Shown: positions 42,500-56,422 of the stretch, one piece after another
How the letters are laid out: every line of letters starts with the position of its first letter
How positions within the stretch are numbered: the stretch's first letter is position 1
Assembly: GCF_009914755.1 (NCBI RefSeq)
Contig: NC_060925.1
Source of the DNA: the human T2T-CHM13v2.0 reference genome, Homo sapiens
Direction: 5' to 3' (one strand)
Length of the DNA: 64,000 nt
Position numbers and translations under genes: made by a program
The notes under the pieces: model-generated
The model's database searches: none
Seen by the model: the letters and a program-made list of their open reading frames with translations, nothing else
What the model was told of the DNA's origin: nothing

Positions 42500-44362
42500 G
42501 CTTCTGACATCTTGAATCCTGCCAGCCTCCTTTAAACATTTCCCCCTCCTCCTAACTCTGCTCCATGACCTCTTTCTGACCCTGCCTGTTTCCCCAGCCA
42601 TCTCAGTTCACCTCTTTCCTTCTACAGCCTGCATAGTCATTTTTGCTTCCTTTTTCCAACATTCTCACTGCTACTTGGACATTCTGTAACCACTTGATTA
42701 CCAGCCTCCAAAATTAGATCAATTCAACCATCTGTTGTATCTGTTCCTCATCTCTCTCCTGTGAGCACTGTTGGAGAAAATCCTATAACTTTGCCAATTG
42801 GCTCCATCTCAAATGTGTTTCTAATTTACCCGGCCCTTCAGTGCTCCTAATTAGTTGTTTTATCCCTTTTTGGCTCCTTTTCTCTTCCCCACCTGGCTGT
42901 TCCAAAACTTTTTAACATTTTTCACCAACACAACCCCTTCCTGATCTCCAGAGCCAGCTGACCCTGCTTTGAGATCTGCTAAGAACATAGAATTTATCAG
43001 AAGTAATTTCTTCTAACTTCCCTCTTCTCTGTCTCAAAGTTTATCTGCATCTGGACTCATCCATTTCTTCCTTCCCTTTTAATTCCAAAGAAACTCTACT
43101 GTTTTCCAATGATAACTCTACCTACCTGTACTGTTCTTTCCAGAATCTTTCATGAAGTTGCCCTAACCACTTCCTTCTCCTTTTGTATCTTCAGCCTCTT
43201 ACCCTCCGTTTGCAGGTCTCCTCAACTGCAAATGTGCACATCCAAGTTGGTAGGCTGGTGGGGGCTGGGGAGGAGTCTTCCCTTGGCCCTGTCTTCCTCT
43301 CACAGTTTCTCCTTTATGGCCACACTTGGGGAAAGAGAAGCCTGCACTTCCCCCTCCCTTGTCTCTTTGATACTCCTCCGCTCTACAGCTGGGAGGTGGC
43401 CCCTCATTCTGGTGAAAGTCTCTCCCGCAGATTACTGCCGACTTCTTCAAGGCCAGATCTGATGGGCTCCTGTTAGTCCTTCTACTCCTAAGCCTGCCCC
43501 TTAATGATTGTCCTTACATTGGCTCTTTCTCTTTGGGTAACCTCCTGAGCATTGGACCTACACTCCCAGCTTCTTCTGGGTGTTACCTGGGATAGAGAGA
43601 ATACAGGTTCCTTCCATTGCCAGCTCCTCTTTGGTTTCCTAGCCGAATAATCTCATCTTTATTCATCCAGTCATCCAAGCTAGACATTTGGAGTCAGCTT
43701 TGACACTACTTCTGCCTGCCTTTCCCTTGTCACACCAGTCACTAAGTCCTATCAAGTCTCCCTCTAAAATGCCTCTGTCCTTCCATTCTTACCACTGCTG
43801 CCTTAATTGGGGTCTTCATGAACTATCGCATAGCCCTTTCTGTCTTCCTGTCTCTTACCTTTAATCTTTCCTCTATACTGTTGCCAGTGTTAAATTTCTG
43901 AGACACAGAGCTAATCAAATCCTTCTCATGTTTGGCTTTGTTCAGTGGCTGCACTCTGCCTACTGGGTCAAGTCTGGCTCCCCTGGCTTGGCATTCAGGG
44001 TTCTTCCCTGTCGGGCTGTGTGCCTCCCTGCCAGCCTCCTCTCCAGCAGCTCTACCTGGCACGACCTGCCTTAAGCCTGAACCCTAGCACTTGCAGTCCA
44101 CTCTGCTTTCCCTTGTTTCTCTGCTTGATTTTGTATTTCTTGACCTGGCTCGATAGTTATCTTTTTGATAAGCATTTGTGACCCATCTAAACAGAATGGC
44201 TCTTCCTTTCTCGACTCTCCTAGGAGCGCTGACACTCTCATATTATAGTCAGTTATACATGATTCTCTCTCTCCTCTGCTTTCCTTTAAGCTTCTCAGAA
44301 ACATCTCTTGTTTCCTGAGGTTCCACAGTACAGTATAAGTGCCTAATAAATACTTATTGAAC
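42500..44362. mobile_element. Long degenerate L2
   Basis: C/T-rich L2 body (catccagtcatccaagctagac...tcactaagtcctatcaa) ending in the L2 tail motif gtgcctaataaatacttattgaa. Confidence 0.55.
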
Positions 44363-44980
44363 TAAAAGTCAGATAATGTATCTGGGTTCGTGAATGTTAA
44401 AGTGTTTAGGAGCCTGGGTCTCATTGTTAGCATATGAAGCACTAACAGAAAACAAACAAGTTTCCAGCTTTAGCTTTAATATACGGTAATCTGGGAGTTG
44501 TGTATTTTTTTTCTAGAAATGTGGCTTTACTAAAATAAGAGAAAATAAATTTTAACTGAGTTTGCATCAATATAATTTTGGTGTTCAGATGAACTGAAAA
44601 CACTCATGTAATGGTTGGCTGAGTCAAGCTGGGTGTCAACAATCTGTCATCTAACAATTGAGCTCTTTGTGATTGTTGAAAAGCATATATTAAATTTCTC
44701 CAGAAAAAAGAATCTATTAAAAATCATGTAGGAAGGTGAAAGACTATTTTATATAGCATTATAATGAGCCCAAATTGGCTTTTTAAGTCTTGAAGTCCCT
44801 GAAATGCACAGAGAACACTATGGAAAAATGCACACACACCTTTCGAACCTGATTTTAACACAAACCTTCATCCTTTTATCTTAATATGATGCCAATAAAA
44901 CCATACCCAGCTACATTTCATCTAGTGTTATTGGAGGAAATATGTATCATATTAACAGAGGCAAATTCTTTCAGTATTGT

Positions 44981-45108
44981 ACATGTTGGGTACAATATAC
45001 ACTACTTGGGTGACAGGTGCACTAAAGTCACAGACTTCACCACTATACAATTCATCCATGTAGCCAAAAACCACTTGTACCTCAAAACCTATTGAAATAA
45101 AAAATAAA
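44981..45108 (+). mobile_element. Extremely 5'-truncated L1 (L1PB/L1MA) with intact TSD
   Basis: TSD aaattctttcagtattgt (44963-44980) / aaatactttcagtattgt (45109-45126) around an L1 3' terminus and A tail. Confidence 0.88.
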
Positions 45109-46599
45109 AAATACTTTCAGTATTGTGAAACCACAGTTATGGAAATAAGTATCAATGCACACATTTTATGTGTTAATTTGTGAGCAATACAAAAACTGGA
45201 AACTCTATTACAAAGGCTTAAAGAGACATAGGAGTACAGAGGCAGTTATGGGTGTATTTATTTTTCCCCAGTGTTGTATTTGTTCATTAAAACTTAAAAC
45301 ACTATAGTTATGTATATAAAATACCATGTTGCCAAGCATGTATTTTTTCCTTTAATTTCAATCACATTAAAACAAACCATTTTTATTTTAGGTTCTTTTT
45401 GCCTCTGTGGTTAGAACTTAAACCAGGGATAACTAGTACACTATTGTTTATTCCTTAAAGGACTGGGGAAAATGTAGGAAAGAAAATGTCAGTGTGGCAA
45501 AAAAGTCCATGAACATTTTGAATCAGGATTTTGACCTTAGTAGGATGCTAACATTCCAGGCCATTGGATCCTTTGGTTCAAGTTATTTGAACATTAAGAC
45601 ATCGTTACATTCATTTGCTGTCAAGGACCTTAATCTTTCATTATTCTTTATAATTTGCTGTTTTTGATAGCTAACATGTTTTATTTATTAACCATCTGTA
45701 CAATATTTATATCTGTAATTATTAGACATGTTCCTGCCATGATTAGGTAACTGGGCTGTTTAAAAAAGAAACACCTCCAGAATAGCTAAAATTTTAAAGT
45801 TACTACCTACATCTGCCAAAACAGATTAGTAGCAGATTTCCAGAACAGAACAAATTGTCTTGATCTCCTTACCTAACACTTTGTTTTATGTCAAATCTTA
45901 CTGCTTTCAGGGAACAAGACTTCTTGATGGAAGCTTATATTTTGACATAAAAATTTTGGGGGCTGCAAATGTAAGGCAATTTTATCCTTATTTTTCAGGT
46001 TGAATATTGCTACATTATTAATTTTATGGTATTCATACAATAAGAATACCACATATTCATAATAAACTTGATCTGGTCCTAACTCACTATAACTCTGTTG
46101 AGCTTACTAATTAAATGAGCTTGAATATTATATTTGAGAAATTAAAATCTCTTGTTATATAAACAAGGGCTAACTTCTAAAATAATATTTGTACTTCAGG
46201 TATAAAAATTATTTTCACTTTATAACCATCTTCACTGTCATTGTTATAATTTATTTTGTATTTCAGATTCATTAATTCATTATTGTAACAACTAAAAACA
46301 TTGGCCAATCAGAATTAAAACTTTAATCAACTCATAATACTTAAGCATGGATGTTCTTATAATGAAAATTTCTTTTAAATTTAGAATATTCCTGAAAATT
46401 CTTTGAATTCAGGCCTGATGAAAATCATTCAAAAATATATTTATCTTTTAATGCAACAAATATTTTTTAATAATTTTTTTTATTCACTCAGAATCATATC
46501 TTGCCTAAGGTCATTATTTGTCTATGTTAGGGTGATAGAGAATGTTGGATTGAATATGTAGTGATCACAAGGCAAATGCTCGCTGTCTTGAGACATTAA

Positions 46600-46810
46600 A
46601 CTATGGTAGCTAAGGGTTTGAGCTTTAGAGTCAGACTGCTAGGGTTCAAATTCCAGCTCCACCAATTCTTAATTACATGAATTGGGGCTAATTACTGCTT
46701 TGTGCCTCAGTTTCCTCATCTGTAAAGTGGGTTGTCTGAAACATTTAATGCGTGAATATGTATAAGATGTTTAGAACTGTCCTTAGCATATAGGAAGTAC
46801 TCAAATATCT
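46600..46810 (+). mobile_element. MIR
   Basis: gagtcagactgctagggttcaaattccagctc...gtgcctcagtttcctcatctgtaaagtggg core. Confidence 0.8.
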
Positions 46811-47414
46811 AGTTCAGAATAATTGATGTGTCAAGTAATATATCTAATTTGTTAAGAAGTTCAGCTAGTTGTATTTAATCTATTTTTGAATACGAAAATC
46901 AATAGCAATAATATTGTTCATGGAATTCAAAATGCAAATGCAATTTTACTATAAAATGTAATTTTACTATAAAAATTAAAAATGCCAGTAACTGGCTATA
47001 GTCTTTTCTGGGATATTAGTAATTTTACAATACATGGACATTTGGAAAACATTGTATATAGTTGGTAGTCCTACCTGTGACTACAAAAAAAGCATGAAGT
47101 TATGCTTTGTTACGATGTGTATTAGGTCCCACCAGGCACTCATCTGGCTTATCTATCTAACCTGTCTAAGATTTGAAATGGAGAGTACTTGTGTTTTTCC
47201 TTGAGGTTTCCTCAACTGTGGCTGAGTACAAATGACCCAGAGAGACCGTCAGCACAACCCCGTAGGATAACCATGTGATACCTGAAGTTTAAATATTCCT
47301 GTCATCCAACACTGTTGCTCCCTGAATAGAAAGGTCTCACAGTGTTAGTTATGCTTTTGTTAAGTGAATAGATCTTGGAGACTTGAACAATTCTCTTCTC
47401 CCCTTAGTGCATTT

Positions 47415-47749
<335 letters not shown>

Positions 47750-50287
47750 TAGATTGAAAATGAAAGGAAGTTAATTTGTTACAAAATACTGATGTCAGAA
47801 TAATTTGCTGAACCCTTTTTACTGATCTTTCATTTCACTTTCCTTTATACCATATAAAGAAACCATGGAACATGTTTTGTTTTGAGGACTTTGGTATTGT
47901 ATTTTTATCCTCTAGTGCTTAATAGATACAACTTATGTTCAGTAATTATTTGTTGAATGAATTGAACTGGTGGGACAGAAGGTCAATTCGTTGGCCAAAT
48001 GGTGTCATCATTTGTTTGCAGAGGCCTGCAGGGCCAGTTAGGCAACATAAGAGAGCAAACTAGGGGGTTGGAAAAGGAAATAGTGGGGCTTGTGGTGAGC
48101 TGTATCTGAGCCTAGATTAAACACCAGCCAGAGTTTTTGAGCTCTGTGGAAGTAAAGGCTTTGGATAGAAGACTAATGAATATATTCTCCATATGAATAA
48201 TAGAAATCTTTAAAATGTTCTAGACTATTTCTGTTTTCCAGTTCACTGGGTACTGTGATTCACTAAATAAATACGTAAATAAATGAATATATATATGTGT
48301 GTGTTTATATATATAAATATATGCACACACACATATTTGCCCCTCTATATTGATGTACATATGAAATACTTTACCCTATAAAAAAGTTGGTTTAACAAAG
48401 GTCGCTTGTCTAATGTTTATTTGCTACATCTCTGTTTATTGATAATTGATGGAGCTTGCAAAAACAACTTTGTTCTAAGTTATATGCAGTTTGAAGAATT
48501 TCTGATTTCTGTTAGTGATAACATGCACAACTTTACTAATCGGAACAAAAGTAAAAGTTAAATATTCTCAAGAAAGCACTAGCTGAGCTACACACACACA
48601 CATACACGCACAACATACCTTTGTGGCATTCTTATAGCTGGGGGACTTAACTGGCTCTGCCCTCTGACTGCTTGCCAGACTTAGAAGAAACCGAGAAAAA
48701 GCAGGTAGAAAAATGTTTATGCTCTAATTGCGAGTGTGGTAGCTGGCGTCCCTCAAGTGGAATGTATATGGGCTTCAAGGCTTTTGACCAACTTCACTGG
48801 ACTTTCTTAGGGTCTTACCTCTTTTATTCGCACTGTGGGTTCAGGTATATTTATAGTATAGTGCTCTGATTCTTGATCATCTCACACCTATTTTGAAGTA
48901 TTAGCATGAACCACATACAAGAAAGTCAATAGCCAAACCTTTTCCATTCTTCCTACAGCTCTTGAAACTGGCAGCCTTGAGAACCACCCATTTCCCTTAC
49001 TACCTCTCACCTAAGCCTTTCCTGGTGCACGATGTTAACTTTACACTATGTATATTACTATTTAATGTCGACACCGCTGTCTTTTCATTTCACATCTGTT
49101 ATGACATTGTGGCTTTCGCCCTTTGCGGTCAGGGACCATAACTCTTTGACATACTGTGTTAACAGGGACTTACTCAGGAACAGCCATTTGGCTGTTCATG
49201 GGGTGTAAAATTCACTGCAGTTTTGAAGCTGAGAAAAGATAGCTTGAATCCTTTTGTAAGTTCTTTGGAAAATGGACAGATTCTTTTTTACTGATAACCT
49301 ATATCATCACCAAAATGGACCTGTCTTATAATTGACTAGACCTGTTAATGAAATGTTACAGACTAATTTGAGAAATAATTATTGGGTGGGAGAAAAGGGC
49401 ATTTACTAGAAAATCAAGTAAACTTTGTTATCCTCAGGTATTTAATTGGAAGAATTGAGCAAAAAATTTGTTAATGTTTAGATTGATTTATGTTCCTTTT
49501 TCTAATCACTGTTTCCTGCTAAAAAAAATAACTGTTTGGCAAACTTTCTGTAACTCTCTATCTTTTCCTGGTTTATGTCTGTTGTCCCAGGCATTCTGAT
49601 TACATATCCCAATCACAATCCTTTTATATGTTAGTATCTAATGTGATGTGGAAGAATTTGTATGGTTTACTTGAAAATTGCCTATTGTTTATTAAATTCC
49701 GACAGCAAGACTCTTCTGCATAAATGTTTTTGGGTCTTAAGATCAGATTTCAAGCTGGTAGTACTTCATTTCCCCTTAAGGGAAAGGATGTGTAAGATAT
49801 TTATAAATTCAAGCATGCTTAAGGAATTTATTTAAATGGCTGCTAATTCTACTGCATTAGAAGCATGCCATTGATATGTACTGAATTAAATTTAAGGATA
49901 TATCATCTCAAAGTATATTCTAGTAATCTTTAATTAGTTAAAAGTATCTTTTAATATTGTTAAGTAAAACTCATTAATTGTAGAAATGCTTAGAGATGAG
50001 TTTAGGCTACCTACCGATTTTTAAATTAAAACTTAATTTTTTAATCACTATAAATAAATTAGTAAACCTTTTAAAATATAAAGTTTTCTTACAATCACTT
50101 TGCATAATTGAATATCTCATTCTTACCTAGCTAATGCTTTGTGTCTCCTGTCTTTTTGTTTCTGTTTTGGCTTAGTTTATTTCATTGATCTCTAAGCTGT
50201 CTTGTGTGGAAGGGAGAAGCTGCATGACTTGCTAGAAGTTTTACATGTGATGGAATTTAACCTCAGTTTATGTCTCTCCCTGCACAG

Positions 50288-50317
50288 TCCCTTCAGTCTG
50301 AATATGTTCATTACTAA
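50288..50317 (+). CDS. CDC14A: CDC14A last coding exon (SLQSEYVHY*)
   Basis: Acceptor tctctccctgcacAG; TCC CTT CAG TCT GAA TAT GTT CAT TAC TAA. 585+9=594 aa, agreeing with the canonical isoform. Confidence 0.93.
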   Translation, partial: SLQSEYVHY

Positions 50318-52314
50318 GGCCTTGCCACTCCAGTGAAAGCTGTTCTTCTCTTAGACACAATTTCTTCATCTGGACGAGCAGTGGAGAGGGAAAGCAACTT
50401 CTTGCTGGAAGAATATCTCTGCCTTCTTACCTTAAATTAAAAAGAGCACTAAGATAACACCTTCAAGAGACTTGAAAACAGAAAACTGGTTAATGACTAC
50501 TATAAATGCACTGAAACTATGTTTATGGAGATTTCCATACTTTTAAAGACAGTTTTAATGTTGAATTTGGTACTTTGAAGGGTTATTTTTAATGTATTTT
50601 GGTAATACATTTATTATTATATTTACATGTACAGTGTTACATTATATATGTATTGTGAACTTTAAAAGACTATTTTGATAAATTTATAAATATATAAAAT
50701 TATGTAAAAACTACACTATATTTTGATTTAGATTTTCCTGCTGTTTGCTACCAAAAATTTGTATTTTAAATCTGTTTAGTTTTAGTATGGTTTTGTCTCT
50801 AATGAATAAATAATTCCTTCTTATTAAGAAGAAGTAAGGGAGAAAGTTTTTAGAAAGTGATTTTTATGCTCGCACTATAAATATGGCAGGTCAGTTCATT
50901 CTTTTGGGAAGTCAGTTTAGTTACACTGAGTTTATCCAAGTTTATCTCTACCAAGAGTATAATGGCATGGGATGGCTTATTTAGGACAATTCCCTTTCCC
51001 ATTGTTTTTGTTGCTGAGCCAATTTGAGTTAGTTTTGCATCCTGGGGGGCTTTAAAATACAGCATGCAGTGAAAGATCAGAATTCACTGAATATTTCTTC
51101 TGAGAGCATGGTTTCATGGTTTTTCTCTATGAAATGACTCAATATTCCAAATGTTTTTTTTTCCTTCCTCCTTTCAAAAGAGTTCTTAACCCAATTAGGA
51201 TATCCTGCTTTGGGTATGAGGTTGTTGTTGCCTGTAATCACACATGGTTTGACATCAGTTTTAAATCAATGGAGAGAAAAAACTGAAAAAGATGCTGCTA
51301 AGTAGTTCTCTGTATTAAAGGAGATATTTTTAAAACAGGGTACAACCCCCTGCTGCACACGCTAGCATATCTGGAACCTACTATGAAAATGAAAGGACCC
51401 TTATAGGTACTCACAGCCCTTTCATGTAAGTATGATCTGATATTTAGGTCTTCAGAAGCCTGTAGGTTTCATTTCTATGAGGAATCGAGGAGCGTTACAT
51501 CCTGATATCCTTCCAGGCTGCTTAAGAATGGACTGCTTCGACACTGAAAGTGCTAGTTAAATGGATTCATATGAAGTGCTTTACTCCCAACCATTGAGTT
51601 ATTTATAATGTATTTATTAGGGGAGGGTACCTTGAGTCTATTATATATGCTTCATCAAAACATCTTGTTCATGTTTTATGTTTTTAAAAAAGGCATTTGA
51701 ATGAATGTTTGACTCAGGTTTGTTAAATTAACCTTCAGTAACTGCAGTACCAAAAATTACACTCAACTGATGAAAAAAACGAATTGTATGATTTAGGAAT
51801 CAAAAACTAAAATAAGTGGAATTATGTATCTTTTCTAAAGTTAAAAAAGTAAAATATTTTATTATGAGTTATTATAAAAATTGGTTAATTGTATAGGAAG
51901 ATGACAGTATTTTTTTCAAGTTATCATAAAAAGTAATTCAGATGACATTTGAGAAGTAGGGGAAAGGGAATCATGTTGACAGTTTTAGTTCTGTGAACAC
52001 TAATTTGTGTGAAGCTATTAAAATGATTGTAAAGTTGACTACTGTAAATTTCCCATAATTATGTGTGTATATGTGTCATATGTATGTACATGTATATGTC
52101 TAAAAATTACTTTACACATGTGCCTACATAGACACACCAAGAAGTGGATGTATATAATATAGAAAGTATATAGCAAAGTAATTTTACTCTGATAATAAAA
52201 ATTGTTTGACATGTATTTTGTTATGAATAGTTTATCTTCCAAAAGATATTTTGCTCTATTTTAAAGTGTAGAAGAATACACTGCTAATAAATAATAAAAG
52301 TTTTATTCAATTTA
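50318..52314 (+). other. CDC14A: CDC14A 3'UTR (end approximate)
   Basis: Repeat-free AU-rich stretch after the TAA, ending at tandem AATAAA followed by a U/GU-rich tract. Confidence 0.75.
52286..52298 (+). terminator. Distal polyadenylation signals (two AATAAA)
   Basis: AATAAA at 52286-52291 and 52293-52298; downstream ttattttttggtgttt element. Other AATAAA at 50805 and 52194. Confidence 0.7.
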
Positions 52315-54072
52315 CTTATTTTTTGGTGTTTATAATTTGAATTTTTGAGTTATCAATGTACTGAAGTCTCTTTATAATTTTATTTTTGGTTCAGTGTGGT
52401 CAGTGCCTTGAGTGTTTCAAGATCTCTATTCTGGATTTTAGTTTAGCTTTTATTGACTTTCTAGGTTGTGGCCATTGCCTGAAATACATGACAGTGAGCT
52501 CACAGAAACCTTATACTTTGAATTTCACAAAAATCATATAATGTTAGGTTCTTGCTTGCTTTCCCTTTATTTTTTTTACTGTCAATAAAATACTGATCCT
52601 GATCAGTGTTTTGGGTCCTGCTTAGTCATTTATGACTACTGATGACTATTGTGTGATTGATCACCAGTTCCTTTTGAAAAAGAATGCCATTTTTCCTAAA
52701 TGAGAAATTATAGAAATCAGTTAGAAGAAACCTCACACCTGTTGGATCTATGCCCTGAAAAGCCAGTTTGGGAGGAAGAAGCTACACTATTTATTGGAGA
52801 TATTTTATATAGTAAACTGGATCTCTTTGGGTTATGATGTTTCTGAGGTTTTTTTTTCCTTAAATTTTTTTTTTTTTTTTTTTTTAGAATGCAAAGGAAA
52901 GTTTGTGGGTGAGAAGGTAGTTTTACATTTGGAATTGGGATCTGCAAATAGCTGTCCTAACAACACTGCATGAAACAATTGGGGTACCAAGGTTTTCATA
53001 GGACCACATCTTAAAGAAGGAGATTTCTTATGAATTAATGAACCTGTTTCACAGGGCAGAAGGAAATCTTTTTTTGTACAGATTGGGTTTTTATGAAAAA
53101 GAAAGTAAAAAAAACAAATCAATTAGCTGGTTTCAGCAGATTTCTCACCTATTGAGTTTACCTGTTTCTTTTTTATCCTTAGATGTAAAATGATTTATAA
53201 ATCTCAAAACACACCTGGGAAAACTATCTATGTGATTCAAATATAGCAGGAACATGAATTTACCAACTATACACAAATGTATTTTGAAAATTGTTTTTAC
53301 TTCTATGCTTTCTTCAGTGACATGTTAAACCATTAATATGTTGAGTCTAATTAAACCAGTTGTTAGTATATAAGCTGAACAGGACTCCGTGGGCTTCATG
53401 TCATATAAGAAGTCTGTACTCGTTCCAAAAGTCATAAGGCAGAGTCCCCTTTGCAACACTTAGCAAAGCAAGAATTTGGTCACTGTATGTCTCCTCAGAA
53501 GATTAATTAGGGACAATTCCAATTACAGAAGTATATAATTTACAGCAGAAAACTCCTTTATTTACACATAGGTTGCATAGGGTTGACAACTATGGCATAT
53601 AATGGAAAGTAGAAAATAATTGTATTAAGTTATTTTGAGCTGAATTGAAATGTTAATATATTCCCACCCAGTTCCCTCTCTATGGATTGAATTATGATAA
53701 TCATATCAAGAAGGAGAAAAATAGCTTTTCTCAAGAATTTTAAACTTTTCTTTGCTAAGTACAAGTAGAAACTTACATTAAAAGACTAGTTTTAATGCGA
53801 AATGTATTTGGAACAGGTTTTAAGTGGACAAACATAAATTAGCTGAACTTCTCACTCTGCATGCCTCGTTTTAACCTGCACGCCACCAAAATCAAAGTAA
53901 ATCACATCACCACTTGCGGTGTCTGCTTTGGTTTGAATCAAGTTGACCATGCATTTTTGAGAAGTTGTACTCCAAGTGAAGAATGGGGCATGGTAATAAC
54001 TGTAGAAATGACTCTACCTGCAAATATTTACATTAAAACTTAAGATTTGGGGGTAGTAATCTATCAAATATG

Positions 54073-54406
54073 TAGTCATCCCTCCATATCCATGGGGGAT
54101 TAGTTCCAGGACCTCTGCGGATACCAAAATCAGAGGATGTTCATGTCCCTTATACATAACGGTGTGGTGTTTGCATAAAACCTATGCACATCCTCCTGTA
54201 TACTTTAAATCATCTCTAGATTACTTATAATATCTAATACAATGTAATACCATGTAAATCGTTATTATATTGTTTAAGGAATAATGACAAAAAACGTCTG
54301 TACATGTTCAGTACAGTAGAGATGCAATTTTTTTTCCCTGAATATTTTTTATCCCTGGTTGGTTGAATCTATGGATGTGGAACCTATGGATATGGATGGC
54401 CAACTG
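54073..54406. mobile_element. MER2 TcMar-Tigger MITE
   Basis: agtcatccctccatatccatgggggattagttccaggacc...ggatatggatggccaactg then TA. Confidence 0.85.
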
Positions 54407-55845
54407 TATTTTCTTTATTTATATTATGGCTGTCTTCCAAAAGGATCTGAAGTGGCTTCATAGAACCAAGCAGATGTACCATAGGGAGAGTAAATAGGGG
54501 CTTTGGACATCGAATTTCAAGACAACTGACACTGAGACTTGAAGCTGAGATAAAGAGGCCTCTCAGACATCACAGGAGATCTGTCCTTTCTTTCCAGACT
54601 GGGCATATTTATGCCAAACACACAGTTTTAGTCAATTCCAGGACTCTTCATTGGCACTCACTTTACTCAGTTTTGAAGAAAAGATTATCTCCAAGTGAGA
54701 TTGCCAGTCTTGATATTCAGATCCCCAAAAATAATTATGTCGAGTACGTGGAAGGACAAAATTGGAACCAGAGATCAGATTACTATAAGAATCCATCTAT
54801 CTATCTACCTACTACTCTCCTACCAACCTACCATATAACTGGGCTTTACTAGAGCTAATGTAAGTATAACATATGCCTTTTTGTATTGGGAAGTTAAATA
54901 AAACTTGGAAGACACAGGGGTCCCACAGACTTGAGAAGAAAGGAGCTGATCTTTGTAAAAAACAAAACCAAAAATGAATAAAACAATGGAGGAGAGGGAG
55001 CCATTTTTTAAAATCTAGGTTCCTTACAGGCAAAGAGATATTTTGTTTTAAATGGAAAAACATAAATTGGATACCATACTTCAAGAAGCATGTTCCAGGC
55101 AGTTTTATCAACTCTGGAAAGAGGTAACCAGTTAACTTTTCAAGCAGCTTGGGGTTGTAAAGTAATGTTGCATCTGCTGAGTGTGACCAGCAGGATTGGA
55201 AAGGGAGGCCTAGCTTTTTCTGATTTGAGGTTTTGTGTAATACTCACTTCCTCTTTCTCCCTTCTCCACTTTTCATACCAATGAGTTTCACAAGCATAGC
55301 CGCCAATCCTAGACTTTTCCTGCTGCTTGAGGCCCAGCTGGTAGCTTACTTTACCATTTTGGTGCCTTCAATGACCAACAACTAAATGGCCGGGCACCAC
55401 GTCAGATGGCAACACTGCACGAACTATACAGCTAACATCTGTTAGCAGAGACACTGGTGGCAAAATCCCTGGTCTCAGTCTCGTATCACATCCCCATAGA
55501 GCACCAGCCCCGGAGTTCTCTTTCTCTCATATTGCTCTGGAGGGTGAATCAGAGATGCTGGCCCTGAGATGGCTGCCCTGTCATGACAAGAAGTGGGACT
55601 GCTGAGTGCAACCTTGAAAATCTACTAAGCTGACAAACTGTGACTTTAGTTTGATCTATTTTAAAGTCAAATCTGTTGGGGCAAATTATCCTTAATTAAG
55701 GATTTCTGTTTAAGTGACAAGTAGTTAGGATTGTTAATTTTTAAGGTAAACCAAAAGAGGAAAAGTTCACTCATCTGGTCTGGAGGAGAGATGAAAGTCA
55801 GTTACTAAGTCAGGATCTAATTATTTATCTAATCAGGAAAGCCCT

Positions 55846-56422
55846 GTGTATTGGGGGCCCCCAAGAGCATTCCCAGTTTTGATAATTTGCTAAGAAGGGC
55901 TCACAGGACCCAACGTATAGTTATACCCAAGATTTATTTAAATGGAAAGATTTATTACAGTCAAAAAATACAAAGCAAAATCAGCAAAGGGAAAAGGCAC
56001 ATGGGGTGAAATCTGGAGGAAGCCAAGCACCAGCTTCCACGAGTCCTCTCCCAGTGGAGTCGCACAGGACACACTTAATTCCCCCATTAGGGAGGTGTGA
56101 CAAATGTGAAACATTTTCTACCAAAGAAGTTCGTTACAGACTCAGCATCCTAGGTTTCTACTGGGGGCTGGTCACATGGGCAGCCTTGGAAGAGCACGAT
56201 CAAAATTCCAGGCGCCCAGAAGGAAAGCAGGTATTCCACATAAACCATATTGTTTACACAGTCTAGGTGCAATGAACCACACTTATCATTCAGAAGAAGT
56301 TTTATATCAGTGTAAGGGAACCGTTTACCAGTCAAGTTCTCAGGCACAAGTCAAAGACAACCTTGCAAGCAAGCCATTCACAAGACAGTCTCAGGCCTGA
56401 TTTTTAGATACTTTTCTGTATA
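55846..56422. mobile_element. MER21-type LTR
   Basis: ggggcccccaagagca...caaaatcagcaaagggaaaaggcacatggggtgaaatctggagg...ctgggggctggtcacat. Confidence 0.7.

Noticed and set aside
41313-43476. Several 100-150 aa hydrophobic ORFs
   Set aside because: T/C-rich L2/MIR-derived or intronic sequence lacks stops by composition; no recognisable domain.
48740-48760. CTCF-like motif (also 55398-55412 and 58135-58150)
   Set aside because: Each has two or more mismatches or a gap in the core; unsupported without ChIP data.
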